The notes under the pieces were generated by a model. It saw only the letters and a program-made list of their open reading frames with translations, made no database searches and was not told the DNA's origin. A stretch of 64,000 bases of DNA, from contig JAVZOA010000001.1 in assembly GCA_038882535.1 (NCBI GenBank), positions 731 to 64,730 of the forward strand. The letters are read 5' to 3'. Of this stretch, positions 9,319 through 19,519 are shown one piece after another. The first letter of the stretch is position 1. Every line of letters starts with the position of its first letter. The stretch comes from Candidatus Bathyarchaeia archaeon (GTDB lineage: Archaea > Thermoproteota > Bathyarchaeia > Bathyarchaeales > Bathycorpusculaceae). Both the position numbers and the translations under genes were made by a program.

Positions 9319-10128
9319 ATGAAGTGTCAAAAGTGTGGAGCAGAAACATTTCTGCCTTTTAGGTGTCCTTATTGTGGGGGATATTTCTGCGCTGAGCATC
9401 GCCTACCGGAAAATCATGAATGCCCAAAAATTGAATCGGCGCGAGCACCGGCAGAGAAAGAAAAAGCGCAATTCTCCCAAACATGGAAACCGCTCGAGTA
9501 TACAATCACATACATTCCAATAGAGACTAAACGGAAAATTCACTTTAGCACTAAAGAGGTTACGCATTTGACGGCGGCAGCGCTACTTGTTTTGGGCATA
9601 GGACTATCCCTAGGAATGTCGCCAGAAATAATTCAAAATATTGGAGGCATTCCCATGTTGTTCATATTTGGAGTTTTAGTAACGGCTTCATTCCTAATCC
9701 ATGAATTGGCCCACAAATTCGCAGCTCAAAGAAGCGGTTTATGGGCGGAATTCAGAATAATGCTTTTTGGCTTAATATTAACAGCCATATCCATTGTTTC
9801 TCCACGCTTTAAGATTATATCACCAGGAGCGGTGGTTATATCAGGATTAACTAGCAAAAGAAATATCGGGAAAATCTCCATAGCCGGTCCATTAACAAAT
9901 ATATTATTGTCCATAGGATTTCTCTTGGTGGCGCTTTCTATCCCGGTGAGCAACTTTGCATATCTGCTCCTTCTAGGTTTCGCGATAAATGGTTGGATAG
10001 CCTTCCTCAACCTCATCCCCTTCGGAATACTTGACGGCTTCAAAGTCTTCTTTTGGAACAAAATAGTTTGGGCTTTAGCCTTCACCATAAGTCTAATACT
10101 AACCATAGCCTCTTATATGCTCCTGTAA
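9319..10128 (+). CDS. AN1-type zinc finger fused to an M50-like membrane metalloprotease
   Basis: N-terminus CQKCGAETFLPFRCPYCGGYFCAEHRLPENHEC (AN1-like Cys/His pattern), then HELAHKF (HExxH) inside a multi-TM region. Confidence 0.7.
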   Translation: MKCQKCGAETFLPFRCPYCGGYFCAEHRLPENHECPKIESARAPAEKEKAQFSQTWKPLEYTITYIPIETKRKIHFSTKEVTHLTAAALLVLGIGLSLGMSPEIIQNIGGIPMLFIFGVLVTASFLIHELAHKFAAQRSGLWAEFRIMLFGLILTAISIVSPRFKIISPGAVVISGLTSKRNIGKISIAGPLTNILLSIGFLLVALSIPVSNFAYLLLLGFAINGWIAFLNLIPFGILDGFKVFFWNKIVWALAFTISLILTIASYMLL

Positions 10129-10161
10129 TCTATTTCCAAACGTTAAGGAGAGATATTTTAA

Positions 10162-10428
10162 ATGAAAAATTTAGGTAAGCGAGATAGACACGATATTGTT
10201 GTTGAAATTCTCGAAAAAGCGAAATCTGGGAAAAAGAAAACGGAATTGATGAGAAGCGTTGGACTCTCACATTCGCAATCAAAACAGTATTTAACAATTC
10301 TGCTAAAGAAGGGATTGTTGGAAATCAACGAGAACAACCTATTTACAACATCTAAGAAAGGATTAGAATTTTTGGAAAAATGTGGAGAATGCTTATTATT
10401 CGATTGGACTGCAAAAAGGAAACCCTAA
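10162..10428 (+). CDS. small winged-helix DNA-binding protein
   Basis: 88 aa. ELMRSVGLSHSQSKQYLTILLKKGLLEI is a typical wHTH recognition segment. Confidence 0.6.
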   Translation: MKNLGKRDRHDIVVEILEKAKSGKKKTELMRSVGLSHSQSKQYLTILLKKGLLEINENNLFTTSKKGLEFLEKCGECLLFDWTAKRKP

Positions 10429-10442
10429 ACGTCCCAAAGACT

Positions 10443-10751
10443 CTAGAGAAGTTCTATTGTCACGTGAACTTCTTCAGGGACACGAATGCGCATAATCCGC
10501 CTCATGGCGCGTTCTTCAGCGTCAATGTCCACTAGGCGTTTGTGAATGCGCAACTCCCATTTGTCCCATGTCGCTGTTCCCTCGCCACATGGAGACTTCA
10601 AAACTGGAACCTTAAGCCTCTTAGTTGGCAACGGAATAGGCCCTGTCATTTTCACCCCTGTTTTTTCAGCTATCGCCTTAAGTTCTTGACATACTTCCTC
10701 AAGCTTCTTGTAGTCTGTGCTTGTTAAGCGTATCCGCGCCTTCCTAACCAT
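10443..10751 (-). CDS. rps10: 30S ribosomal protein uS10
   Basis: [17 protein letters not shown]...[18 protein letters not shown]...[12 protein letters not shown] is the conserved S10 pattern, and 102 aa is the expected size. Confidence 0.9.
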   Translation of the reverse strand: MVRKARIRLTSTDYKKLEEVCQELKAIAEKTGVKMTGPIPLPTKRLKVPVLKSPCGEGTATWDKWELRIHKRLVDIDAEERAMRRIMRIRVPEEVHVTIELL

Positions 10752-10874
10752 AGCCTAATGCTCCAAACCCTCAACCTTTTATATCTTCTAGTGGGTATCC
10801 TTTTAGACAATAAACCATAGAATAAAAACTTATCGAAATAAAAGGCACGGCGAACAAACAAAAGAGGCTGAAGA

Positions 10875-11525
10875 ATGAAGCTGAAAGTTAAGGGAATAAT
10901 CATAGACTTGGACGGCACACTTGTGGATTCGAGAGAAGCCTACTGTGAAGCCCTAGCAGAAGCTCTGGAAAAGCTTGGCATGAAAGAGTTCGACCACTAT
11001 TTGATTTTGGAGATTCCGAGGAGATTAGAGCAAAACCTACCAATAAAGGACTTATTGCCAAAAATAAACATTGAAAAATTCTTAGAAGCCTATCTTAAGG
11101 CTTATTATAGGCTTGCTGAAGACGAGGCAAACGTTTTGCCAAACATGCAGAAAACTCTCGAAAGGCTTTCAAGAAAGGCTAGGCTTGCACTGCTAACTAT
11201 GCGTTACGTTCCATGCGAAAACATTGTAAAGTGGCTGGAGAAGGTGGACTTAGCCAAATATTTCCAATGTGTCGTAACTGCGTTAAACACGCAGTTTCCA
11301 AAGCCTTCTCCAAAAGCGCTGGTTGACTGTGCCAAGCGGTTAGGCGTTGAAGTTGGCGAATGTGCCATTGTAGGCGATTCCGTCACAGACATTAAAGCCG
11401 GAAAGAATGCCGGAGCTAAAACAGTAGCCGTTCTATCTGGAATCTTCACGAAGGAAGAGTTAGAGAAGGAGAAACCCGATCTAATCATTAAGGACATCGG
11501 CGAGCTTCTAGGTTTTCTTGGTTAA
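10875..11525 (+). CDS. HAD-superfamily hydrolase (phosphatase)
   Basis: Motif I IIIDLDGTLVDS and motif IV IVGDSVTDIKAGKNAGAKTV. Confidence 0.8.
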   Translation: MKLKVKGIIIDLDGTLVDSREAYCEALAEALEKLGMKEFDHYLILEIPRRLEQNLPIKDLLPKINIEKFLEAYLKAYYRLAEDEANVLPNMQKTLERLSRKARLALLTMRYVPCENIVKWLEKVDLAKYFQCVVTALNTQFPKPSPKALVDCAKRLGVEVGECAIVGDSVTDIKAGKNAGAKTVAVLSGIFTKEELEKEKPDLIIKDIGELLGFLG

Positions 11526-11646
11526 AGAATATTACGGAGCATGCAATATAGTTGAAAATTACTTAAGAATGTTATAGAAGCAACCATAAATAAAGCTTAA
11601 TTAAAACATTAATTATAGTATTAGAGCGGAGAGGGTTTCGAAAACG

Positions 11647-12261
11647 ATGAATTTCATTGAGGCATTGCTGTCTGAAAAACTGAAAAGCAAAAATCCAATG
11701 CTGGATATTTTTGGCGCTGACCGAAAGGTTCTGCAAATAGCATGCCAAGACTTCACCAACTACTTGAAGGTTTACTGGAACTTGGTGGGCAGAGAGGCAA
11801 ACGAATGTGAACTCGCCGACAAGCTAGAAGAATTTTATCAGAAAGAGCCTAAAGAGCTTGAAGAGTTCATAGACTTATGGACTGGCATATGGCTGAAAAA
11901 GTGGGGTGAAAGGGTAAAACTCCTGATAGGCAACGAGGAAGCCCAAAGATGGAACAAGGTGACAAAAATCCTAAACAACGCTGAACCCATATGGAGAAGG
12001 CTCACCAACCGCCGAGAAATGCAAGAAGTCGTCGTGTCAACGCTCATCAAGAACGGCGAAATATGCGGCACGTCAATTTTGGCTGAAAACCTCCTGAAAA
12101 TGGAACTGGGCGAAAACAAGAAGAAATATACAAGCGACCAAGAACAAGTGTTAAATGTTGTAAACAACACGTTGCGTAAGGCTAGAGAACTGACAAGAAG
12201 CAAGGGACCGCTTATATTCGTCAGAATTGATAAGGGCTACTACAACAATAACGAGTTTTAA
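11647..12261 (+). CDS. hypothetical protein
   Basis: 204-aa ORF with coding-like composition and no recognised motif. Confidence 0.45.
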   Translation: MNFIEALLSEKLKSKNPMLDIFGADRKVLQIACQDFTNYLKVYWNLVGREANECELADKLEEFYQKEPKELEEFIDLWTGIWLKKWGERVKLLIGNEEAQRWNKVTKILNNAEPIWRRLTNRREMQEVVVSTLIKNGEICGTSILAENLLKMELGENKKKYTSDQEQVLNVVNNTLRKARELTRSKGPLIFVRIDKGYYNNNEF

Positions 12262-12455
12262 CGGATTCTCTCCCTGTTAAGGTTCTTAGTTTGCCAGGAA
12301 TAACGCTTAATACTTGCTGACGCCCCATAACCGCAAGCAGCACATCGCTTTTTAGAAACGTTATAGGCTCTCCTTCCACAACGCCTACAGCGTATGTGAA
12401 GCGTTTTTCCGGCGCGTTTTCCAAAGGAGGGCGTTCCTTTTCCCAAATTCTTCAC
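12258..12455 (-). CDS. rpl37e: 50S ribosomal protein eL37
   Basis: [10 protein letters not shown]...[25 protein letters not shown] zinc-ribbon pattern of L37e. Coupled to the upstream LSm gene. Confidence 0.9.
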   Translation of the reverse strand: MKNLGKGTPSFGKRAGKTLHIRCRRCGRRAYNVSKKRCAACGYGASASIKRYSWQTKNLNRERIR

Positions 12456-12700
12456 CTAGGCGGCGGTGATATTAGGACGACATTGTCACCACGGACAATT
12501 ATTAAGCCAAGCTTCTTCGCGTTTTCAGCATCTGTCGTGTCCTCAGTCTCCTCGAGAACAAGGTTTAAGTGTTGGTCAAAGCCCTTCAGCCTACCCCTGA
12601 GGCTTTTTCCACCCTTCAACCTTACAAGCACTATTTTCCCAAGGTTCTGCTCAAGGATTTCAGTTGTCATTTCACTCATTCGCAGACCTCGAATAGACAT
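12452..12700 (-). CDS. Sm-like (LSm/SmAP) RNA-binding protein
   Basis: Sm1/Sm2 motifs [27 protein letters not shown] and [13 protein letters not shown]. The start may be one of the internal Met codons. Confidence 0.85.
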   Translation of the reverse strand: MSIRGLRMSEMTTEILEQNLGKIVLVRLKGGKSLRGRLKGFDQHLNLVLEETEDTTDAENAKKLGLIIVRGDNVVLISPPPR

Positions 12701-12762
12701 TTATCCTTTTTATACTTAAACTTATACCATTTAAACCTATCCTAGGCGAGAAGCGAAAACCC

Positions 12763-13269
12763 ATGTCTAAAAGGTTTAAGAGGCATTTCCTAAAGGATAA
12801 AGAGGCAAAGAAGCTTTTAGAAAACGTCTCAAAAAGGCTGAAAATACCTTTAGAAAAATGCTTCGTTAGCGTGCCAAAGGTGGAGATTGTTGAAGCGGAC
12901 TTCGGCGAAGTATACCTCATAAACGGTGAGCCAGCACTTTTCAAGAGTGAAGAAAACGTTTACCCAACCCTACTTTTTAAAGAAGTTTTCGGTTTTTTGC
13001 CAAAAGTTGTTGTGGACATGGGAGCTCTTCCCCACATTTGTAATGGTGCAGATGTGATGGCTCCGGGAATTTTACGCTTTGAAGGAGCATTTGCAAAAGG
13101 CGACATGGTTTTGGTTGTGGATGAGAAATATGGCAAGCCTATTGCAGTAGGCGAAATCTTTTGCAGTTCAGAGGAAGCGGTTGGGGTTAAGCATGGCGTT
13201 ATGGTTAAGAATGTTCATCACGTAGGCGACAAAATTTGGAAAACCATAAAGGAGTTGGCAAGCGCATAA
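12763..13269 (+). CDS. PUA-domain RNA-binding protein (MCT-1/Tma20-like)
   Basis: C-terminal PUA pattern VVDMGALPHICNGADVMAPGI...GDMVLVVDEKYGKPIAVG. Confidence 0.7.
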   Translation: MSKRFKRHFLKDKEAKKLLENVSKRLKIPLEKCFVSVPKVEIVEADFGEVYLINGEPALFKSEENVYPTLLFKEVFGFLPKVVVDMGALPHICNGADVMAPGILRFEGAFAKGDMVLVVDEKYGKPIAVGEIFCSSEEAVGVKHGVMVKNVHHVGDKIWKTIKELASA

Positions 13270-13416
13270 GCAAAAGTAAGCCCAAATCCATATTCTAGAT
13301 TCATAAACCTATTAACACTAATCTGTATTTTAGGTTCAGAGCACAGCTCAATAAGGAAACGCTTAAACTCTCAAAAGGGGTAATAAGGTATAAAGGGTTT
13401 AATAGAGAGGAGAAGT

Positions 13417-13788
13417 TTGCCGGGTCTAGGTGAACTCTTCCGCAAATACAAGAAAGAGGAAAAGGCGGAAACGCCGAAAGCAGAAGCAAAGGAGAAGCCC
13501 GGCAAAACCTTCTTGAAGGCTATGCCCCTCCGAGACTTATCCGACTTGGACGTTGTTAAGAAGGAAGTGCGCTCCGGAAACATCCTAATTCTCAGAATAA
13601 CTCCCCTGGCAAATAAGAGTGTAGACGATGTTAAACGGGCTGTCAACGAGTTATGCGAATTCGTCGAGTCTGTTGGTGGGGATATCGCCCGCTTGGGCGA
13701 AGAACGTGTGGTTATTTGCCCGCCTAATGTGAAAATTTGGAGAGAGAAAACGCCGGTGGCAAGTGAGCCTATACCTACAGCAGCCTAA
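13417..13788 (+). CDS. sepF: cell division protein SepF-like
   Basis: LRDLSDLDVVKKEVRSGNILILRITPLANKSVDDVKRAVNEL...GGDIARLGEERVVICP matches the SepF/DUF552 core. TTG start. Confidence 0.7.
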   Translation: MPGLGELFRKYKKEEKAETPKAEAKEKPGKTFLKAMPLRDLSDLDVVKKEVRSGNILILRITPLANKSVDDVKRAVNELCEFVESVGGDIARLGEERVVICPPNVKIWREKTPVASEPIPTAA

Positions 13789-15694
13789 TGGTTTCCATAA
13801 CCGCTGGCGCGAAGCTCTGGATTCCACACTTTTTCTCTATAAAATTGGATATGCTGGCTATTTTGGCTCTTTCACCGTGGCAAACTATAACCCGTTCTGG
13901 TCTAGGCTTTAAATGTGTCAAATAATTTATTATTTGCCGCCTGTCAGAATGCCCTGAAAAGCCTTCTATGGATTCTACTCGCATCTTGACTTTTACAACA
14001 CTCATTTTGCCCTCGCTGTCAATCATTGCCACCTCATTTATGCCCTTTTGAACCCTTCTGCCCAAAGTGCCCTCAATTTGGTAGCTTACAAAGATTATTG
14101 AGTTTCTCTCGTCCTCTGCTAGGCTCTTGAAGTATTCTATTACTGGTCCGCCTTCAAGCATGCCAGATGTAGCCATAATTATGCACGGTTCCCCTTCAAT
14201 AACGTTTTGCCTAACACTTGGATGCTCAACAACAGTAAAGTAGTCTGACTCGAAGGGGTTTACCCCGTCATGGAGGATGCTGTTTCTGACCTCTCTGCCC
14301 AAATATTCTGGATAAGCTGTGTGAATTGCCGTAGCCTCGGAAATCATGCCTTCGATAAAGACTGGAGCCTCCTTCATAAGCCCACGCTTCATGTAGCCGT
14401 CCAAAACAAGCATTATTTCCTGGGCTCTGCCGACCGCCGGCACTGGAATTAAGACTTTGCCTCTCTTCTCTAGGGTTTCGTTTATTATTTTTGTTAGGCG
14501 TTCTTCAGCCTCAACCCTTGATGGCATCATGTCCTCTGGACCGCCATAAGTGCTTTCAGTTATAATGGTTTCAGCTCTTGGGAATTCAGCTGTTGCCGCC
14601 TCCAGAAGCATGGTTCGCGCATACTTGTAATCGCCTGTATAAACGATATTGTGTAAGCCTTCGCCTATGTGCAAATGCATTATTGAAGAGCCTAAAATGT
14701 GCCCGGCATTGTGCAGTGTCAGCCGCACGTCTGGAGCTATGTCAGTTACAACGCCGTAACGGAGTGGAATCGTGTGGAGAACGCATTCCCGAACATCCTT
14801 CTGGTCGTAGGGCGGAATTATGCCTTGCTTGCTAGCTACATCCAAATAGTCGAGCTGAAGCAAAGTCATAAGGTTAGACGTTGGCGCAGAACAGTAGACT
14901 GGACCTTCATAGCCATACTTGTAAAGAAAAGGCACCAAGCCGCAGTGGTCTAGGTGGGCGTGACTTACAATAACGGCGTCCAGCGAGTCTATTTCGAAGG
15001 CTGGATGGTCAAACCTTGGAAAAACCTCAAAGGGCTTCGAAGAACCCGGATTTATGCCGCAATCCAAAAGAATGTTGCTTTCCCTTGTCTGTACAAGGAA
15101 GGCTGAACGCCCAACCTCCTGAACGCCGCCCAAAGGCGTAATTCGGACGTCCCCAACTTCAAAGACTTTTGGTCTGAAGATTCTCTCTCCAAAGGTGCGG
15201 AGGTTCCGCTCCCTCTCCTTGCTTTCGGAGTGAAGGTAGTGGCGCATATGCGCAATAATTTTGGAGCGCAGTGGTGGGCTTCTCAAAACGTGGGGACGCC
15301 ACTTTGTCTTCCTTATAATCTCTTGAAGAACAGTGCCATTTTTCCCTATGACAAGCCCGGGTTTTTTAGCTTCGATAATGATTTCGCCTAAGCTTGGGTC
15401 AAAGTATACGTCAGTAACTTCAGCCTCTGGCGGGATTATTTCGCGAGCTAATTTTTCTGCTTCCTTTTCCGGAAGCCTCACAGACGGATCGGAGCGGACG
15501 ACGATTCTTTTTCTGATGACGTTTACTATGTCCGCTATCAGGCTGCTCTGCTCCACAAGGATTTCAGGTCTTTTTGCGTAGACTGCCAGCGTTGGACCTT
15601 CATATTCTACCCTTGTGACTTCAGCCTCTTTTGGAACATGTTCAAGTATGTATTTGCTTATTTCGATTTTCTCCCTTTCAGTGTTGGGCGCCAA
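13775..15694 (-). CDS. KH-domain beta-CASP ribonuclease aCPSF1 (archaeal termination factor family)
   Basis: Two N-terminal KH-like segments, metallo-beta-lactamase motif VSHAHLDHCG and beta-CASP region. The 639-aa size is typical of aCPSF1. Confidence 0.9.
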   Translation of the reverse strand: MAPNTEREKIEISKYILEHVPKEAEVTRVEYEGPTLAVYAKRPEILVEQSSLIADIVNVIRKRIVVRSDPSVRLPEKEAEKLAREIIPPEAEVTDVYFDPSLGEIIIEAKKPGLVIGKNGTVLQEIIRKTKWRPHVLRSPPLRSKIIAHMRHYLHSESKERERNLRTFGERIFRPKVFEVGDVRITPLGGVQEVGRSAFLVQTRESNILLDCGINPGSSKPFEVFPRFDHPAFEIDSLDAVIVSHAHLDHCGLVPFLYKYGYEGPVYCSAPTSNLMTLLQLDYLDVASKQGIIPPYDQKDVRECVLHTIPLRYGVVTDIAPDVRLTLHNAGHILGSSIMHLHIGEGLHNIVYTGDYKYARTMLLEAATAEFPRAETIITESTYGGPEDMMPSRVEAEERLTKIINETLEKRGKVLIPVPAVGRAQEIMLVLDGYMKRGLMKEAPVFIEGMISEATAIHTAYPEYLGREVRNSILHDGVNPFESDYFTVVEHPSVRQNVIEGEPCIIMATSGMLEGGPVIEYFKSLAEDERNSIIFVSYQIEGTLGRRVQKGINEVAMIDSEGKMSVVKVKMRVESIEGFSGHSDRRQIINYLTHLKPRPERVIVCHGERAKIASISNFIEKKCGIQSFAPAVMETIRLL

Positions 15695-15710
15695 CTTTTA
15701 GACTTCCCTT

Positions 15711-16370
15711 TTAATTTGCAGCTAAAAGTTTCTTCTTCTCCTCATTGGTTAGCTCTCTATAACCGTTAGCGTCCACAACAGCCACGTTGAAGCTGTCTCC
15801 GCTGGCTGTATCTCTTTTCATAGCTGAGTCAACAGCCCTAACAATTATGGGTAAAGCCTCAGCCACCGACATGCCCTCACGGAACTTGTCTTCTAAAACT
15901 CCATAAGCTATCGGAGAACCGGAACCAGTGGCAACGCATTTCTCCTCTGTTAGGCTTCCGAAAAGGTCTATGGAATAAACATGGGGACCGGTGTCGTCAA
16001 CTCCCCCGATAAGAACTTGGGTTGCCAGCGGTATGTATCTGGCTGAGAATAGAAGGTTTGCAATAAGCCTTGCCGCTGAGCTAATGGGCATTGGTCTTCC
16101 CATGTTTATTTTGTAAAGCTGGGCGTTAGCCGTTAAAATGTCCACTGTTCTTTGGGCGTCAGCAACCGTTCCAGCAATGGTCATTGCCATGTGGTCGTCT
16201 ATCTTGTAAATTTTCTTCCCATGTTTGTGGGCTACATAGAATCCCATGGTCACACGAGTGTCTGAGGCTAGGATTACCCCGTCTTTACAGACAACCCCTA
16301 CGGTTGTCGTTCCCTTCAACGTCAACTTGTCAACTACGTTGCTGTTTGACATTTTACGCATTTCTCCCAA
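15711..16370 (-). CDS. psmB: proteasome subunit beta
   Basis: Propeptide followed by the catalytic LKG/TTTVGVVCKDGVILASDTR. Length fits; the start could be an internal Met. Confidence 0.9.
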   Translation of the reverse strand: MGEMRKMSNSNVVDKLTLKGTTTVGVVCKDGVILASDTRVTMGFYVAHKHGKKIYKIDDHMAMTIAGTVADAQRTVDILTANAQLYKINMGRPMPISSAARLIANLLFSARYIPLATQVLIGGVDDTGPHVYSIDLFGSLTEEKCVATGSGSPIAYGVLEDKFREGMSVAEALPIIVRAVDSAMKRDTASGDSFNVAVVDANGYRELTNEEKKKLLAAN

Positions 16371-16485
16371 AACCTAAACACATCGCCAAATTACTTCGCT
16401 AGGAAGTAGCATCATGTAATCACGCCATGAAGCTTATTAATATTACGCTTCGACAAATGCAATTCATCTATGAACCTTTACGCTT

Positions 16486-16647
16486 CTAGACTATGTTTTC
16501 TTCTTTTGTTAGCTCGTCCTCCTCTGCCCAATAGCACTCTTCGTAGAAACCATCAAACTCTTCATATTCATCCTTGGATATTTCCCCGCCGCACCTTATA
16601 CAGTAACGTTTACATTTTCCCTTCTCAATCGTCACCCTATCAGACAT
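16486..16647 (-). CDS. possible small Cys-containing protein (53 aa)
   Basis: ATG-initiated ORF MSDRVTIEKGKCKRYCIRCGGEISKDEYEEF...; not in the supplied track because it is under 60 aa. The only support is the open frame and a CxxxCxxC pattern. Confidence 0.25.
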   Translation of the reverse strand: MSDRVTIEKGKCKRYCIRCGGEISKDEYEEFDGFYEECYWAEEDELTKEENIV

Positions 16648-16815
16648 GATGATAGGGTTTAAATTCTGGATTCTTATCGGTTATGAAACTAAAATTCATA
16701 GTTAAAATACCAAGCTGAAGCGTTGCTTTGAAAAAGGGTTTTAAGAGTCACACTTCATATCATTTAAGAGGAAAAGTCTCAGCAAGTGATTTGTTTGCCT
16801 TTAAAACGCCACTGG

Positions 16816-17850
16816 ATGCAGCTTCCAAGAGAGGTTATTGTTGGAGAGGGCGTAATAGAACGGGTTGCAGAAATATTCAGAAGGCTGGGCTTCACAGAAT
16901 CCGCATTAATAATTACTGGGCAGAAAACCCACGATGTCGCGGGAAGAGTTGTTGAGGAAATCCTTGAAAAAGAAGGCGTAGAAGCCAAAACTCACATTGT
17001 AGGGTCAGCAACAATAAAAGACGTGGAAGCTGTTGAGGAAAAAATTAGGGTTCTAAAGCCTCAAGTGGTTTTCGGCGTGGGCGGGGGAACAAAAATTGAC
17101 GTGGCAAAGTTAAGCTCTGCTCGGCAAAATGTGCCTTTTATTAGTGTTCCAACAACAGCTTCCCATGACGGAATTGCAAGTCCACTTTCATCAGTTAAGG
17201 GTCTTGAAAAACCCTTTTCAGTTATGGCTCAAGCGCCCATAGCCATAATAGCCGACACAAACATAATTGCACAGACACCCCACCGTTTTATTGCAAGTGG
17301 ATGCGGCGACGTTATTGCAAAGTTTACAGCCGTAAGGGACTGGAAATTAGCACATATGGATAGAAATGAGTATTATGGGGAGTACGCCGCAAGCCTAGCC
17401 CTTATGAGTGCAAGACTTGTGATGCGGAATGCTAGCCTCATAAAACCGCAGAACGAGGAGGGACTGCGAGTGCTCCTCGAAGCCCTAATAAGTTGTGGCG
17501 TAGCCATGAGCATTGCTGGAAGCAGTCGACCATGCAGCGGTGCGGAACACTTGTTCAGCCACGCTCTAGACGTGATAAAGCCGAATAACGCTCTTCACGG
17601 CGAGCAGTGCGGTGTTGGAACAATTGTCATGGCTTATCTGCACGGTGCAAACTGGAAACACATAAGAGAAACACTAAAGACTGTTGGGGCACCAACTAAC
17701 GCCTACGAACTGGGATTAGCAAAAGACGATGTGGTTAAAGCCTTGTTTATGGCATTTTCCATAAGACCTGAACGCTATACGATCCTCAACAAGCTAGACC
17801 TAAGCCTTGAAGAATGCGAAAGAATCGCAAAAATAACCGGAGTTGCTTAG
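16816..17850 (+). CDS. egsA: glycerol-1-phosphate dehydrogenase [NAD(P)+]
   Basis: MQLPREVIVGEGV start typical of G1PDH; GGGTKIDVAK and TTASHDGIASP blocks; iron-type alcohol dehydrogenase-like fold. The longest ORF begins at 16786. Confidence 0.85.
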   Translation: MQLPREVIVGEGVIERVAEIFRRLGFTESALIITGQKTHDVAGRVVEEILEKEGVEAKTHIVGSATIKDVEAVEEKIRVLKPQVVFGVGGGTKIDVAKLSSARQNVPFISVPTTASHDGIASPLSSVKGLEKPFSVMAQAPIAIIADTNIIAQTPHRFIASGCGDVIAKFTAVRDWKLAHMDRNEYYGEYAASLALMSARLVMRNASLIKPQNEEGLRVLLEALISCGVAMSIAGSSRPCSGAEHLFSHALDVIKPNNALHGEQCGVGTIVMAYLHGANWKHIRETLKTVGAPTNAYELGLAKDDVVKALFMAFSIRPERYTILNKLDLSLEECERIAKITGVA

Positions 17851-18548
17851 GCTTTTGCCTTTGGTTCCGCCTTAAAGGTTTCTGTGAACTTGACCGTTGT
17901 TATTTCTGGGAAAAACTTCTGTACGTCCAAAGCTATGCCACGCTTTGCAACTTGAATCCCTTCCAAGTAGAAAGCCTCTTCAGGCATTTCTATGCTAACA
18001 TTTTTCGCCTTAATGGTGAATTTGAACTTTTCAGCCTCAACTGTTGGTATTCTGCGGTGAATTAGGGCGGCTATCTTCTCTTCAGGTGTTTCAAGCTTCT
18101 TTTTGACCGTAACCTCGTAAACAAGGGTCTTTCCAGCCAATGGGGGATTGAAGTCTAAAAGGACACGCCCAGCGCCAATAGCCCTAACAATTGCCATTTT
18201 GCCGTCATATTCAAGGCGCATCCCAAGAGTTGGGGTTATGCCCTTAGCCGTCAAGTGCCTAAGGGGAACCCGCCTAACCTTTTCCGGGTCTCTGGCTCCA
18301 AAGGCTTTTTCTGGGGGTATTTCCACAGTTCCGGTTTTTCCGACTTCCATGTTTGTTAGGCTTTCATCCAAAGCCTTAAGGACCCAACCTTCGCCTACAA
18401 CAACCAGTTTTGGCTCGTAAATTTCGCCCTCCTTGTATAGGCGCTCTTTTTTGGCAACCTCCTCAATCGTGGTGTCGAAGACTTCTCCTGTCTCTTTCAC
18501 CTTTGCCACGTAATCTAACAGTATGAAGTCGCCCTTTTGCAAAGCCAT
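17847..18548 (-). CDS. FKBP-type peptidyl-prolyl cis-trans isomerase (long archaeal type)
   Basis: GDFILLDYVAKVKETGEVFDTT, an insert-in-flap region, and the NPPLAGKTLVYEVTV C-terminal FKBP strand. Confidence 0.8.
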   Translation of the reverse strand: MALQKGDFILLDYVAKVKETGEVFDTTIEEVAKKERLYKEGEIYEPKLVVVGEGWVLKALDESLTNMEVGKTGTVEIPPEKAFGARDPEKVRRVPLRHLTAKGITPTLGMRLEYDGKMAIVRAIGAGRVLLDFNPPLAGKTLVYEVTVKKKLETPEEKIAALIHRRIPTVEAEKFKFTIKAKNVSIEMPEEAFYLEGIQVAKRGIALDVQKFFPEITTVKFTETFKAEPKAKA

Positions 18549-18699
18549 TTCACATCATCTTCTAAGCATTTGCCAAACTAAACCTAGCGCACCAATAAAA
18601 GCTTTATCTATATTAATCACGGTTAAGATTGACACCTTACTGCAACTCAATAAACGCGTATTTCCTAAATTTTATAATTATTAGAATACTAAAGGGTGT

Positions 18700-19017
18700 G
18701 TGGAAAGGGGAATATTGCGAATGTTGAAAGAGGCGCAAGGAACTGTTAAGAGGATTTCCTACGAAACCCACAAAAAGGAGGTTTTCACATCAAGTTTTTT
18801 CATAGCGCTGTTAGCGGAACAGGTGGGACAAGTTGCGGAAAAATACATGGCTGGCGGCAGACACGCCAAAGAAATAGAAGTGGACATTGCAGACATTATT
18901 GTGGTTAGCTTAGCCTATCTAAACTGGCTTGAGAAGGACGCCACAGAAGCCTTCAAAAAAGCCCTTGAAAAACATGAAAAGGCAATAAGAAAGTTCGCTG
19001 AAAAAGGCAAGAAGTGA
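18700..19017 (+). CDS. MazG-like nucleotide pyrophosphohydrolase domain protein
   Basis: Small helical protein with LAEQVGQVAEK...EVDIADIIVVSLAYLN resembling the MazG EExxE/D helices. Confidence 0.45.
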   Translation: MERGILRMLKEAQGTVKRISYETHKKEVFTSSFFIALLAEQVGQVAEKYMAGGRHAKEIEVDIADIIVVSLAYLNWLEKDATEAFKKALEKHEKAIRKFAEKGKK

Positions 19018-19493
19018 AAGCAGAAATGGAAAACACCGCAAAGGACAAAATGTATAGCGAATGCCTTAAAGCAATAAAGGAAAGTTTGAGGGGAAAATCC
19101 CTAAATGAAAAAATGACTGTTACATGCGATATTTTGAAAGCAGAAATCCCATACTATTTCTGGGTTGGATTCTACATCCCAAAAGAGGAGTGGCTGGAAC
19201 TCGGACCATCAAAAGGACCACCAGCATGTGCTAGAATAGCCTACACTGGTGTTTGCGGAAAATGCGCTAGAACCAGAAAAACCATCATTGTGCCAAACGT
19301 TCACGAGTTTCCGGGACACATCGTATGTGACCCACGTTCAAGGTCTGAAATTGCCGTGCCAGTCTTTGACGAGAAAGGTAATGTTGTGGCTGTTCTTGAC
19401 GTTGACAGCGAGGAATACGGCAGTTTTGACGAGAAGGATAGGGAATGGCTTGAGAAGATAACGAAACTCTTAACTTCGCCTAGCATTGAATAA
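19014..19493 (+). CDS. GAF-domain protein (free methionine-(R)-sulfoxide reductase-like)
   Basis: YFWVGFY...GPSKGPPACARIAYTGVCGKC...VPNVHEFPGHIVCDPRSRSEIAVPV...AVLDVDS matches the fRMsr/GAF pattern. Confidence 0.7.
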   Translation: MKAEMENTAKDKMYSECLKAIKESLRGKSLNEKMTVTCDILKAEIPYYFWVGFYIPKEEWLELGPSKGPPACARIAYTGVCGKCARTRKTIIVPNVHEFPGHIVCDPRSRSEIAVPVFDEKGNVVAVLDVDSEEYGSFDEKDREWLEKITKLLTSPSIE

Positions 19494-19519
19494 AGGGCTG
19501 TTTAAGCAGGAAGCCTTAA

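Noticed and set aside
12396-12719. 107-aa plus-strand ORF.
   Set aside because: It lies antisense to the well-supported L37e and LSm genes.
16646-16722. Possible C/D-box sRNA (ATGATGA ... CTGA) in the psmB-egsA spacer.
   Set aside because: There are no convincing internal D' and C' boxes, the spacing is too long for an archaeal C/D sRNA, and the ATGATGA overlaps the start of a small minus-strand ORF.
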